Under the pieces are notes generated by a model. The model saw only the letters and a program-made list of their open reading frames with translations, did not search any database and had not been told where the DNA came from. Of a stretch of 64,000 nt of DNA, positions 1 to 11,800 are shown one piece after another. Position 1 is the stretch's first letter, and the number at the start of each line of letters is the position of its first letter. The position numbers and the translations under genes were made by a program. Source of the DNA: an uncultured bacterium (GTDB lineage Bacteria; Verrucomicrobiota; Verrucomicrobiia; Limisphaerales; UBA8199); the NCBI GenBank assembly GCA_963749495.1, contig CAVVMW010000004.1, positions 224,001 to 288,000 of the forward strand, given 5' to 3'.

Positions 1-1
1 C

Positions 2-1255
2 CAGCAACTCCAAGAGCAGACAGCCAAGGCCGGGCCCAAAGAACGGGACGAGTTGCCCGCTCGGCTCGACCAGTTGTTGGCCCGGCAGAACGAACTCAAC
101 CAGAAGCTCAATCAACAGGCGGAGCGCATGGACCATTTCGTGCGCGATAACCCGCTCTACGATGTCGAGCGGGAGTTGCAGGACCTGCTGCGCCAGGAGG
201 CCGGGCAGGTCCGCCAGAGCACCGGCGCCAACAACGACGCCGCGCGAGACGTTGCCCAGCGCAGCATGCCCCCCGGCGGCGCCCGCCAGGTGACGCCCGC
301 CATGCTCAGCGATTTGAAGAGGGCCTCCGACGACCAGGTGGCCCGGCTGGGCGGGGTCGAAGAGGCCGGGGCCAAAAGGATGTCCGAGACACTCCAGGAG
401 ATGGGCCAGATGCAGGAGTTGCAAAAGGACTTCAACCAGTTCGAGGACCTCTACCGCGCCCAGAAAGAACTGGCCGCCCAGACCCAGGCCTACAACCGCG
501 CCGGCCAACTCGACCGCGAGGACCAGTTGGCCCTCAAGGAACTGGCCGCAACCGAAAAACAAGTCGGCGAGGCCCTCGACCAGGTCGAACAGAAGCTGCG
601 GGAGGACGCCAAAGCCGCCGCCAAGCTCTTCCCCAAAGCCGCCCAGAGCGGGCATGACCTGGCGGACAAGATCAACGAACTGCGGCTGGGGCCGCTGGCG
701 CGCCAGGCCACCGGCCAGATGCTGGCCGGCAACGGCGACCGCTCGTTCCGCCTGGCCGAGCGCCTGCGGGGCGAGATGGACAAATTGTTCACCGAGGCGC
801 AGGGGGGCAACTGCCCCTCGTGCGAGGAGTTGGACGGCTATTTGACCCTGCAGCGGGGCATGAAACCGGGCAACAATTTCTCCCAGATGGCCCGCAGCCG
901 CAAAGGCGGGCAGAACCTGGGACGCGCCCGCGGACAGGGCATGGCCCAAGGCCAGGGCCAGACCGGCTCGTCAGGCTACGCCGTGCTCGATGACTCCATC
1001 GCTGACGTGATGGGCAACGAAACCCACGCCCAGCGCGGCAGCGCCACCGCCCGCCAGTCCAGCCGCCTGGGCAAGGGCCTGGCCGCCCCCTCCGACACCC
1101 ACGCCGCCACCGACGCCCAGACGGCCGACGTGGTCAAAAACCTCAACCCCGTCAACCGCCAGTCCGGCGCCGTCTCCCCGGAGGCACTCATCGAGGAATA
1201 CAGCGACCTGGTGGACAGCTACTTTAAGACGATCACCACGAGGAAAAAGGAATGA
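2..1255 (+). CDS. Coiled-coil-rich hypothetical protein (DUF4175-like C-terminal region), 5' partial
   Basis: Frame open from window start; Q/E/A/L-rich helical sequence, G/Q-rich linker and terminal EEYSDLVDSYFKTI motif; stop overlaps next ATG (ATGA). Confidence 0.65.
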   Translation, partial: QQLQEQTAKAGPKERDELPARLDQLLARQNELNQKLNQQAERMDHFVRDNPLYDVERELQDLLRQEAGQVRQSTGANNDAARDVAQRSMPPGGARQVTPAMLSDLKRASDDQVARLGGVEEAGAKRMSETLQEMGQMQELQKDFNQFEDLYRAQKELAAQTQAYNRAGQLDREDQLALKELAATEKQVGEALDQVEQKLREDAKAAAKLFPKAAQSGHDLADKINELRLGPLARQATGQMLAGNGDRSFRLAERLRGEMDKLFTEAQGGNCPSCEELDGYLTLQRGMKPGNNFSQMARSRKGGQNLGRARGQGMAQGQGQTGSSGYAVLDDSIADVMGNETHAQRGSATARQSSRLGKGLAAPSDTHAATDAQTADVVKNLNPVNRQSGAVSPEALIEEYSDLVDSYFKTITTRKKE

Positions 1256-2031
1256 AAGCGATTAGGGCATCCCTGCGGCCAACCAACTCGTCCGACTCGT
1301 CCGACCAGTCTGACTCGTCTGACTGGTCTGACTGGTCTGACTGGTCTAAGACCGCCAGGCTTTGGATTTCATCCGCCCTCTTTCTGTGCCTTTGCGCCGG
1401 CTCGGCCTGCGGGGCCGGCTACAGCTACCAGCCCCCCGGCCGCTCGGACCCGACCTTGCTCCAATGCGGCAACCTGATCTACGCGGGCAACCGCAGCTCG
1501 GTCTGTTTTGCCGATCGCTTCCTGACCGACGTGGCCGACCAGACCTGCCTGCGCGTCAACCGGAAATTCTGCCCCGTGCGCCTGGATACCGAGACGCTGT
1601 TCGACTTCCCCTTTTGCGTCATGTCGGGCAATGAGAGCTTTGCTCTCTCCGAAAAAGAGCGAGGCCAGCTCCGCAAATTCCTCACTCAAGGCGGCTTCCT
1701 CCTGGCCAGCCCCGGCTGCTCGGATGAGAAGTGGGACCGGTCCTTTCGCCAGGAGCTCCGAGTCTGCTTCCCGGAGAACCCGCTCAAGAAGATCCCGATG
1801 AACCACGCTATCTTCTCGATCGTCCACCAAATCCCCCGCCTGACCGACAAGCACGGCAGGCTGGTGTCGCTCGAGGGTCTCGAACTCAACGGACGGCTGG
1901 TCATGGTCTATTCCAAGGAGGGCCTCAACGATGTCGAGCACGCCATCGGCTGCTGCTGCTGCGGCGGCAATGAAATCAGCAACCCCGTCCGCGTCAATGT
2001 CAACGTCTTCACTTATGCGGTGGTGTACTGA
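1252..2031 (+). CDS. DUF4159 domain-containing secreted protein
   Basis: LFDFPFCVMSG...LSEKERGQLRKFLTQGGFLLA...PMNHAIF...GLELNGRLVMVYS pattern; hydrophobic signal segment; CCCCGG near C-terminus. Confidence 0.8.
   Translation: MKAIRASLRPTNSSDSSDQSDSSDWSDWSDWSKTARLWISSALFLCLCAGSACGAGYSYQPPGRSDPTLLQCGNLIYAGNRSSVCFADRFLTDVADQTCLRVNRKFCPVRLDTETLFDFPFCVMSGNESFALSEKERGQLRKFLTQGGFLLASPGCSDEKWDRSFRQELRVCFPENPLKKIPMNHAIFSIVHQIPRLTDKHGRLVSLEGLELNGRLVMVYSKEGLNDVEHAIGCCCCGGNEISNPVRVNVNVFTYAVVY
1288..1350 (+). repeat. 9-bp tandem repeat (tcgtccgac/tggtctgac x7) inside CDS, encoding SSD/WSD repeats
   Basis: Directly visible; related array in opposite orientation at ~3999-4043. Confidence 0.85.
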
Positions 2032-2107
2032 GCGCGGCCAGGCCTCCCATGAACCGCCGCAGAGCCCGCAACGCTATCGCGCGCTCCTGCGCGTCCCTGT
2101 CTCGCGA

Positions 2108-2200
2108 AGCGTCTGGAGTGCGGCGTATTCCGCCGCTTTGCGAACCAACGTCACCCGGCCTTCGAACGCCAAAGCGCGGGAATGCCGCGCACTCCAGACG
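2108..2200. repeat. REP-like palindrome (cgtctggagtgcggc ... gccgcgcactccagacg)
   Basis: Inverted arms visible in intergenic region. Confidence 0.7.
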
Positions 2201-2324
2201 GTTCGCGACTCCGACCGCGCATCCCCGCCGCGCGGAGTCGCGCCCGCGGGCGCTTCTCGCCAGTACCCCCACCTCCAGCCAGGAGCAGCGGCTCGGAGCC
2301 GAGCCCCAGCGGAGGCTCGGGGCA

Positions 2325-2546
2325 ACCCGGAGGGTTGCCAGATGGTCGCCGGGGGTCGCGGCGTTGCCGCGACCCCCGCTTTGTGGCCGAAAGGGGCCTG
2401 CACCCCGGAACGGGGTGCCAGAAGGCTGCACACATGGAGCAGGCGGCCTTCTGGCATCCCTCCGGGATGCAGACCCACACTGCCGCCAAACCGGGGGTCT
2501 CGCTGCGCTTCGACCCCCGGCTACCATCTGTCATCCCTCCGGGATG
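2325..2546. repeat. Multi-hairpin REP/MITE-like element
   Basis: Nested inverted repeats (cccggaggg.tg.cagatggt ... accatctgtcatccctccggg; gggggtcgcggc/gccgcgaccccc; tgccagaaggc/gccttctggca). Confidence 0.65.
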
Positions 2547-2605
2547 AATTCCTGGGCGACGGGCACGCGCCCTCACCCCCTGGCTCGCATGGTGGTATTC
2601 ACGAG

Positions 2606-3990
2606 ATGCGCCCCACCCCCCCTCGCCACGCTCTGACGCTTTGCCTCGCGGCGGCGGCGGCCGTTATCCTGTGCGGTTGCGGCCGTTCCCCCGCGCCCCC
2701 GGTCACTGAGGTGCCGCTCTACTTCACGTGCGACACCCGGGGGCGGCTCGACCCTGCGGCTGTTTCACCGGCCAGTTTGGGGGGCTCACGCGGCTCAAGA
2801 CGGTGCTCGACGCCGAGGCGCCGCCGGGCGCAATTCGGGTCAACATCGGCGACGCGATCAGCGGGCACGAGGACTATGACGTGATCCAGTATCGCTACAT
2901 GCTGCGCGCCTTTGCGGCCATGAAGTTCGACGCGCTCAACGCCGGCCAGCGCGAGGCGCAGCTCAGCGCAGCGCAACTGCGCCAACTCAAGGCATCCTCT
3001 CCCGTGCCGATCCTGAGCGCCAACCTGCTGGACAAGGCGAGCCGCAAACCGATCTTCGAGCCCTACCGGGTCGTCCAGCGCAATGGCTTGCGCGTGGCCC
3101 TCATTGGCGTGCTGGACCCGCGCGGGTTGGGGGATGACCTCGGGGCGGGGCTGGTGGTGGACGACATGGAATCGACACTGGTGCGGTGGCTGGCCGAGGT
3201 GCGGCCCAAGGCGGACTTGATCGTCCTGCTGGCCTTCACGGACGAAGCCACGCTGGCGCGGCTGGCGGAGCAGTTTTATGAAATCCAGGTCATCCTGGGC
3301 GGCAAGGTCAGCCAGCCGGCCCAGGAGCTCAAACGCGAAAACCGCAGCCTCATCTATTTCGTCACCAACGAATCGCGCGCCTTGGGCATCCTGCGGCTCC
3401 AAGTGCGCCGCGGCGCTCCCCTGCGCGTTGCGGCCAATGAGATCCGCCTGCTCCACGACCAGATCGAGCAGGATGCCTCGTTCTGCGCCCTGGCGCAGAG
3501 CTATCGCCAGGAAGTGCGCCGCGCCCGTCTGGATGTGGACGACCCCGCCAACGCCACCGCCGACATGGTGCCGGGCATAAAGAGCATCGCCACGTTCGTG
3601 GGCACCCCCCGTTGCGTGGAATGCCATAAGACCACCGGCGCTCTATGGGCCAAATCCGGCCACGCCCGCGCCTTCGCCACGCTGCGCGACCGCCAGGCGG
3701 ACGCCGACCCCAAGTGCATCGTCTGCCACACCACCGGCTTTGGCAGCGCGTCCGGCTACCGCCGCCAGTTCGCCGGCGACAAGCTGGTGGATGTCGGCTG
3801 CGAAAGCTGCCACGGCCCGGGCAGCCTCCATGTCCGGCAGCGCGAAGGAGACAAGACCGTTGACTTCACCTACCGCCCGCTGGACGCCGGGGACTGCAAG
3901 AAGTGCCATTACGGCGAGTTCAGCCGCCCGTTTTATTGGCACGAATTCTGGCCCGCGATCAAGCACGGCAAAGAGCCGCCGGCCGTTTGA
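2606..3990 (+). CDS. Lipoprotein with metallophosphoesterase (5'-nucleotidase-like) domain fused to tetraheme cytochrome c (c554-like); frameshift near 2750
   Basis: Lipobox-like VILCGC; FTCDTRGRL|PCGC motif split across two frames; four CxxCH motifs (CVECH, CIVCH, CESCH, CKKCH). Confidence 0.8.
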
Positions 3991-4058
3991 GGGGCGTTTG
4001 TCCGGCCGGTCGGACCTGTCGGACTTGTCCGACAGGTCAGACTAAATCGAACCACGCA

Positions 4059-4140
4059 ACTTTGGCACAACCTTTGTCGCAGCCTTTGTCGCCTCCTTCG
4101 TCGAGAAATGGCGCATTCGACAAAGGCCGCGACAAAGGTC
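4059..4140. repeat. 12-bp-periodic REP family (ctttgtcgcagc ... gcgacaaagg)
   Basis: Same family at ~20799-20867, 28526-28558/31727-31737 and 36668-36747. Confidence 0.75.
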
Positions 4141-4185
4141 CAAAACCCGCATGGGTGTGCCAATGTGGGTTGTTCCGATTTAGGC

Positions 4186-5478
<1,293 letters not shown>

Positions 5479-5528
5479 GGCAGCCATTTCTGGGTTGGTA
5501 TTCTGCGTGTTCTCTTCTGCGCGCCCGG

Positions 5529-6785
5529 TTACTTGTCGCTCAACGCCGCCACGCCGGGCAGGACGCGGCCCTCGAGGAACTCGAGGCTGGCGCCCCCGCC
5601 GGTGCTCATGAACGTGACCTTGTCGCCCAGCTTGGCCTTGTTGAGGGCCTTGACGCTGTCGCCCCCGCCGATGATGCTCTTGGCGCCGTGTTTCTGCGTG
5701 GCGTCCGCCACCGCCCGGGCCACGGCGTTGGTCCCCTCGGCGAAGCGTTTGTCCTCGAAGAGCCCCATCGGCCCGTTCCACAGGATGGTCCTCGCCTTGG
5801 CGACTTCATCGGAATAGGCCTTGACCGTCTTGGGGCCGATGTCCAGTCCGGCGGCATTGTCGGGGCAATTCATCTCCTTGTTGGTGCGCACGTCCTGGTA
5901 TTCAATCACCGGCTTGCCCTTCTTGTCCAATGTGCCGCTCTTGACCGGGACCGCCACGACGTTGTCGACCGGCAGCAGGAACTTGACCTTGCGCTGCACC
6001 GCCTTGGCCAGGGCCGCCTTGGCCACCTCGGTCTTGTCCGGCTCCACGAGCGACTTGCCCGTTTTGAACCCTTGCGCCAGGCGAAAGGTATAGGCCATCG
6101 CCCCGCCGATGAGGATCACCTCGGCCTTGTCCAGGAGCCGATCGATGACCAGAATCTTGTCCGAGACCTTGGCCCCGCCCAGGATGACGACGAACGGGCG
6201 CGCCGGGTTCTCCAATTCCTCGCCCAGGAACTTGAGTTCGCGCTCCATCAGCAGGCCCGCCGCGCACGGACCGCCCCGCTGCGACACCACTCGTGCCACC
6301 CCTTCGGTCGAGGCATGCGCGCGATGGGCTGAGCCGAAGGCGTCGTTCACGTACACGTCTGCCACCGCGGCCAGCCGCCCGGCAAACCCGGGGTCGTTCG
6401 CCTCTTCTTCCTTGTAGAACCGCACGTTCTCCAGCAGCAACACCTCGCCCGGTTTCATCGCGTTGACCGCCTGCTCGACCGTCGGCCCGGTGCAGTCGTC
6501 CACGAAGCCCACCGGGCGCCCCAACAATTCCTGGAGCTTGGCCGCCACGGGCCGCAGCGACATCGTTGGCTCGCGCCTCCCTTTGGGCCGGCCCAGGTGC
6601 GAGGCCAGGATCAGTTTGCCGCCCCGCTCGCTCAGTAACCGGAGCGTCGGCAGCGTCTCCACGATCCGCGTGGCGTCGGTGATGACCATCTGCCCCTCTT
6701 TCTCCTCAAGCGGCACATTGAAGTCCACCCGCACAAACACCCGCTTGCCCCGAACGTCCAAATCTTTAACCGTCAATTTTGCCAT
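5529..6785 (-). CDS. pgk: Phosphoglycerate kinase
   Basis: RVDFNVP, SHLGRP, LLENVRF, NDAFG.AHRAHAS, WNGPMG, STGGGASLEFLEG. Confidence 0.98.
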   Translation of the reverse strand: MAKLTVKDLDVRGKRVFVRVDFNVPLEEKEGQMVITDATRIVETLPTLRLLSERGGKLILASHLGRPKGRREPTMSLRPVAAKLQELLGRPVGFVDDCTGPTVEQAVNAMKPGEVLLLENVRFYKEEEANDPGFAGRLAAVADVYVNDAFGSAHRAHASTEGVARVVSQRGGPCAAGLLMERELKFLGEELENPARPFVVILGGAKVSDKILVIDRLLDKAEVILIGGAMAYTFRLAQGFKTGKSLVEPDKTEVAKAALAKAVQRKVKFLLPVDNVVAVPVKSGTLDKKGKPVIEYQDVRTNKEMNCPDNAAGLDIGPKTVKAYSDEVAKARTILWNGPMGLFEDKRFAEGTNAVARAVADATQKHGAKSIIGGGDSVKALNKAKLGDKVTFMSTGGGASLEFLEGRVLPGVAALSDK

Positions 6786-6860
6786 AAGTTCTTTTCTCCT
6801 GAACAAGGGCGCCCAGCATACCCCGGCGCGCCCCGGAGTCAAAACGAAAATCTACCCCCC

Positions 6861-7835
6861 TTACTTGCTCATCGCCGCTTCGCCTGTGCGGACATCGAGG
6901 GTCCACTCCCTGGGCTGGGGCAGCCACAACCTGCCCTGGCCGATCTCCAGCGGCATCCACAGGTAACGGGAATCCCACTGCGCGCGCGGCTTCCAGAGGT
7001 CCGCCATGAAGATCACCGTGGTCCCCTTTGTCCCGGCCACCTTGAGCATCATCGTGGATTGCGAGCCGTAGGTGTTGGTCTCGGGCGGGGCAATGTCTTT
7101 GAATTCGGACCAGGGCCCCTCCAGCGAAGCGGCTGTGGCGTACTTGTTGGGGTTCGCCTGCCAGCCCGTCAACGCGGAGCCAATGGCATAGTAGAGCGCG
7201 CCGTAATGCACCACTGCCCCGCCTTCCAGGTGGGCGGAAATCAGGCACATCTGCTTCTCGACGCCAAGGAAATCCTCCGAGAGCCGCGCGATGCGGAAAC
7301 CGAAAGGCCGGTCCTCGAAGATCAAGTAGGCCGTCCCGTCGTCATCGATGAATTGGCCGATGTCCCGGCTCTCATGCCCCAGCGGACGGAAGCTCTTCAG
7401 ATAGGCGTAAGTGCCATCAACCGTGCCGCAGGTCGCCACGGCCACTCGCGCCAGCTTGTAGCCGGCATCGTCCAGGTGGGCGTAGAGGACGAATTGCCTG
7501 GTCTTGGGGTTAAAAAACACCTTGGGGCGCTCGAGAACCCAGCCCCGACCCAGGTTCAGGCCCTCGGGGGCCGCCATATTGACGACCTGGTTGCGGAACG
7601 TCCAGTGCGCCAGGTCCTTGGAGGAATAGCAACTGGCATAACGGCGGCTCCGATCGTTTTCCTGCGAGCGGTCCTCGCCGAACCAATAATAGGTGTCATC
7701 CAGCTTGAGAATGCCTCCGCCATGGGCCTGGATGTGCCGGCCGCGGTCGTCGGGCCAGATCTCCCCTGGTCGGAAGGCCTGCGGGGCCGCCCAGGCGGCG
7801 CCGGCCAGCAGGCAGCAGGCGGCGGCGGCAGCCAT
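6861..7835 (-). CDS. Secreted glycoside hydrolase family 43 (subfamily 24-like)
   Basis: Signal peptide then IQAHGGG, YYWFGE, LERPKV, SRDIG.F.DDDG.AYL, TYGSQS; frame stays open upstream to 8300. Confidence 0.88.
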   Translation of the reverse strand: MAAAAACCLLAGAAWAAPQAFRPGEIWPDDRGRHIQAHGGGILKLDDTYYWFGEDRSQENDRSRRYASCYSSKDLAHWTFRNQVVNMAAPEGLNLGRGWVLERPKVFFNPKTRQFVLYAHLDDAGYKLARVAVATCGTVDGTYAYLKSFRPLGHESRDIGQFIDDDGTAYLIFEDRPFGFRIARLSEDFLGVEKQMCLISAHLEGGAVVHYGALYYAIGSALTGWQANPNKYATAASLEGPWSEFKDIAPPETNTYGSQSTMMLKVAGTKGTTVIFMADLWKPRAQWDSRYLWMPLEIGQGRLWLPQPREWTLDVRTGEAAMSK

Positions 7836-8663
7836 CGTCCGGCCTTTGCCCGGTCTTGCGGTTGGCGTCGCGCTGTTCAACTGGAAGACAATGTTGCTGA
7901 CCAAGGGCGAGCTGGCAAGGCAAGAAAAGGTGGCGTGAGTGCCGCTGCCGATGCAGGCCGCCTGGAGCCGGGACGCGTTTTCGCAGGCGTACTGGCGGTT
8001 GTCGAAGGCTCCCGATGGCATGTAGAGGGACAAATAAAGCCGGCGAAGGTGGAAGTCGTACGTGTTGACCACGCCGGCGTGGGCCAGGAGCCCGGCGGTG
8101 TTGGCCTCCCAGGTCATCTGGTCGGCGCAGTGGTAGGACAGGAGGGTGACACTGGTCCCCTTGGTGGCGGGGGCCAGGCCCCCGAGACGGACGACTTGCC
8201 GATACTGAGAACTGAACATGTAGTACCGCACCCTCGACCGCCAGTTGTGGACGTGACGCAGACCGCAGTCCGGGTAACCCGGGCAGGGTCTCGGCCGCAC
8301 CCTGCCGGAGGGCCTGGCGATTCCCTGGCGGCCTGGAGTGCCTTCCAGAGCCGTTACACCCGTTACAAGCCCGTGAATTCAGGGCTTTCCTGAGGACCGG
8401 CGCGGTTTGGCGAGCCGTGACACACGTGACAACCTCGGAAGAACGGTCCGTAGCAGAGATTGGATGCGCAGCTTGCGCGGCATGTGGAAAGCACGCCACA
8501 ACCCGGCTCTTGTGTCAACAGTTTTTACCGACCGCTATTTGACCCCTTTTTGTTGGCTACGAAGCGATGAACCGTAGCTCCGCGCAAGTTGCGCGGGCTT
8601 TGAACAACGGCCTTTACGGTGGCAAGAGAACTAGCCTGCCTAAACGACCTCGAAGTAATATAC

Positions 8664-8692
8664 TTGACGGAATATAACTATAATAATATAAC
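8664..8692 (+). promoter_or_regulatory. Sigma70-like promoter TTGACG-N17-TATAAC
   Basis: Near-consensus elements in an AT-rich patch; predicted start site at or near ATG 8700. Confidence 0.6.
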
Positions 8693-8699
8693 AGAGCGT

Positions 8700-8882
8700 A
8701 TGCCGATGGTGCAACTGCCCGGTTACCGTTGCGAGCGATGTGGTCACCAGTGGGTCCCACGGGGTGGCCGTGGCGAGCCGCGTGTGTGCCCAAAATGCAA
8801 GAGCCCCTGGTGGAACGCGCCGAAGAGCTTGGCACCTGTTCGGCCAAAGGCGAGTGGCCACGATAGAAACCGGAAAGCTTGA
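8700..8882 (+). CDS. Small zinc-ribbon protein (CERC...CPKC)
   Basis: 60 aa with two CxxC motifs; stop overlaps methyltransferase start (TGATG). Confidence 0.7.
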   Translation: MPMVQLPGYRCERCGHQWVPRGGRGEPRVCPKCKSPWWNAPKSLAPVRPKASGHDRNRKA

Positions 8883-11800
8883 TGGCCCCAAAATGGCCTG
8901 TATTGCGTTTCAACCCGAAAATCCTTCTCAAGAGTCATGCGCGGCACAAGACTAAGGACCTTATCGAGCCCGCAGGACGAATCGTCAGGAATTCCGCCCG
9001 AGCTTCTGGCGTGTGGGTACCATCCCAAGGCATAAAGCTGTTCCGTAGCGGACCTCAGCCGGAACTGATCAACTATCTTGACCTGTGCCCCGGGCGCGCC
9101 GGCCTTGAGAGCAAAGACGTTCCGGACGGGGTGGCGGAGAGCCGCGACCGTCCGTTGCTTTACTTCATCACCAGCACACTGCTTTCGGCAGATCCGAAAG
9201 AGCGGCGCCTCGAGTTGAGTCGTTTGCGGCGTGCGCTTGGCAGTCGGGGCGAGCGTGCCTTTCTAGCCCTGGTCGAGCCGGGCTTGGTCCGCGTGATCCC
9301 AGTCAGCCTCGATTCACGGGCAGACCATTGGAGGGAGTTCCGCCAAGGGACCCCCGGGACACGAAGCCTATTCGCGCGGATGGCACTGGGTGAATACGAA
9401 GCCGAGGGTGCTCCTGAGCATGCGGACTACGTTTACGAGGAGATGTTCAAGCTGTTGACAGGAGTCGCCAACAGCATTGTCACGGAAAATACCGCCATGG
9501 AACGAAACGACGTGCTGTCGCTCGTGGGGCGGGCGCTCTTTCTCCGTTTCCTCAGTGACCGTGGCGTTATCACGACGGGCAATCTCAATGACATCGCTCC
9601 GGGGGCAAGTCGGCTGGACGAGTGCTTCGCTGACGCCACACAGGCTACACACACCTGCAGGTGGCTGGATTCCACTTTTAATGGCGACTGCCTCCCACTA
9701 TCTGACTCTGGCAGCCTTGCATGGTTTCAGAAGGTGGCTCCGCCTCGCAGTCAGGTGTTTAAGGACCTGCGTGCCATTCTTCGGAACGAGGAGCCCGCCG
9801 GCGGCGGGCACCAGCAACGGCTGGCAATGGACTGGAGCACGTTCGATTTCGCCCACGTGCCGGTGGGTTTGCTGAGTCAGGTGTACGAGGGATTCGTTTG
9901 GAAGTGGGCCCCGGACGAGGCGGGAGAAACCAGCGTTCACTACACCCCTCGCCGCATCGCGGACTATCTCGTGGACGACGCCTTCGACGGCATGCGTAGC
10001 GCAGGCAAAGCACATGTCCTGGATCCGGCCTGTGGAGCCGGCGTCTTCCTGGTGCTCTCATTTCGCCGCCTTTGCCGCGAGCGGTGGAAAGCCACCGGTC
10101 GGCGGCCCGATCGGCCGGCCATTCGCGCCATTCTTAATAAACAGTTGCGCGGTTTCGACATTAGCGAATCCGCTCTACGTCTCGCCGCCCTTAGCCTTTA
10201 CCTCACGGCCATCGAACTTGATCCCAAGCCAACGCCGCCCGCCGCGCTACGCTTTAAAAACCTCCGCAACAGGGTGCTTTTCAACTGCCGCGGCGACAAC
10301 GATGCGCCGAAAGGCCCGGTGGCTGGCAGCCTCGACACAAGAATGGTGAAAGGCCATAGAGGGAAGTACCAACTGGTCATTGGCAACCCCCCTTGGACGA
10401 GCCTCGATAAGTCCCAGAAGGAGCTCGCGGCCACCTTTCATGGCATAGGACGTGAGGCGCTGGTTGAACGGAACCTAACTGACCTTTCCAAAGGCTTCGA
10501 GAACCCGGATAGCGTGCCGGACTTACCGTTCATCTGGCGGGCAACGCAATGGGCCGAGTCAGGGGGGCGCATCGCCTTCGTGCTCCCCGCACGGCTTCTG
10601 TTCAAGCAGGGGGACATCGGCCAGCGAGCACGGGATGCCATCTTCCAGGCAGTGGCCGTAACGGGGATGCTGAACTGCTCAAACCTTTCCGACACCAACG
10701 TTTGGCCTGGGATGCAGCAACCTTTCCTGCTGTTCTTCGCTCGCAACAGAGTTCCCAAGCCCGACCATTCGGTGCGCTGGATAACAGTCCATGCAGACCA
10801 GGCCTTGAATGACCGCGGCGAGATACGCGTGGATTCCAAGTCCATGGAGGAAGTTAGCGTCGAGCAGACCTTCGACGAGCCCTGGTTATGGAAGGCCCTG
10901 GCCCTAGGCACCGCACTGGACGTTGAGGTGGTGCGAAAGGTGAAACAGAGTGGTGGAGTGCCTTTGCAGAAGTACTGGGAGGAGAACCTCGCCTTGCGGT
11001 TTGGCACGGGTTATCAGATCAAGCCCAAACAGAAGCAAGCAGACGCAACGCACCTCCGAGGGCTCCCCGACGTGAGTGACCCGAAGCAGTTCCGGTTTCT
11101 CGTTCGCCCAGAAGAACTGAAGGAATTCCAACGCCCGACAGCCTGTTTCCCCCGCGAGCGGGATTTGTATAGGCACCCCCTCGTTCTGGTCAAGGGATTT
11201 GTCCGCCTTGCGCGCCAGGAAGGGAGGGCGTGGCTGGCGTCGCAAGATGTTGTATTCAACGAGAGTTTTCATGGCTTCTCTGCTTCCGGGCATCCGGACG
11301 GCGACGCGCTCGTGCGGTACGTTCAGCTTTTAACGCACTCGGACTTGTGGATGCATTACGCGCTACTCACGAGCCCAAAACTCGGGGCCGAGCGGAGGCA
11401 GTTTTACAAAGAGGACCTTGAGCGCTTTCCGATTATCCCGTGGGAGAAGCTATCTCCCGACGAGAGGTCCGCAGCGCAGAAGCTCAGCGACCGCCTCCTC
11501 GCGGAGGACTTGAGCGTATTCCCCGACATAGATGCCTTTTTTGCCGAGCTCTTTCACCTCAAGCCGCGTGATATGGAGGTCATACGGGACACGCTGAACA
11601 TGGAGCTACCCTTCAAGTCAATACGGTCACAGGCGAGTGCGCCGCCCACCCTAAAACAACGCCGAGAATTCTGCGTGCGCATGGAGGGGGCCTTGCGCCC
11701 ATTTTTCAAGCGCCTCGGGCAAACGGTTTCCGTGGATCTAGTCGCAATCCGTGCCTTGACGCAAGATTGTCCATTCTCGGTCGTGGGCGTCAGCAATGAA

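Noticed and set aside
1931..2636. Several long overlapping ORFs between DUF4159 and the cytochrome gene
   Set aside because: They translate palindromic REP DNA and give low-complexity R/P/A peptides.
8350..8435. cgttaca and gtgaca short repeats as origin iterons
   Set aside because: Only two copies each and no replication gene nearby.
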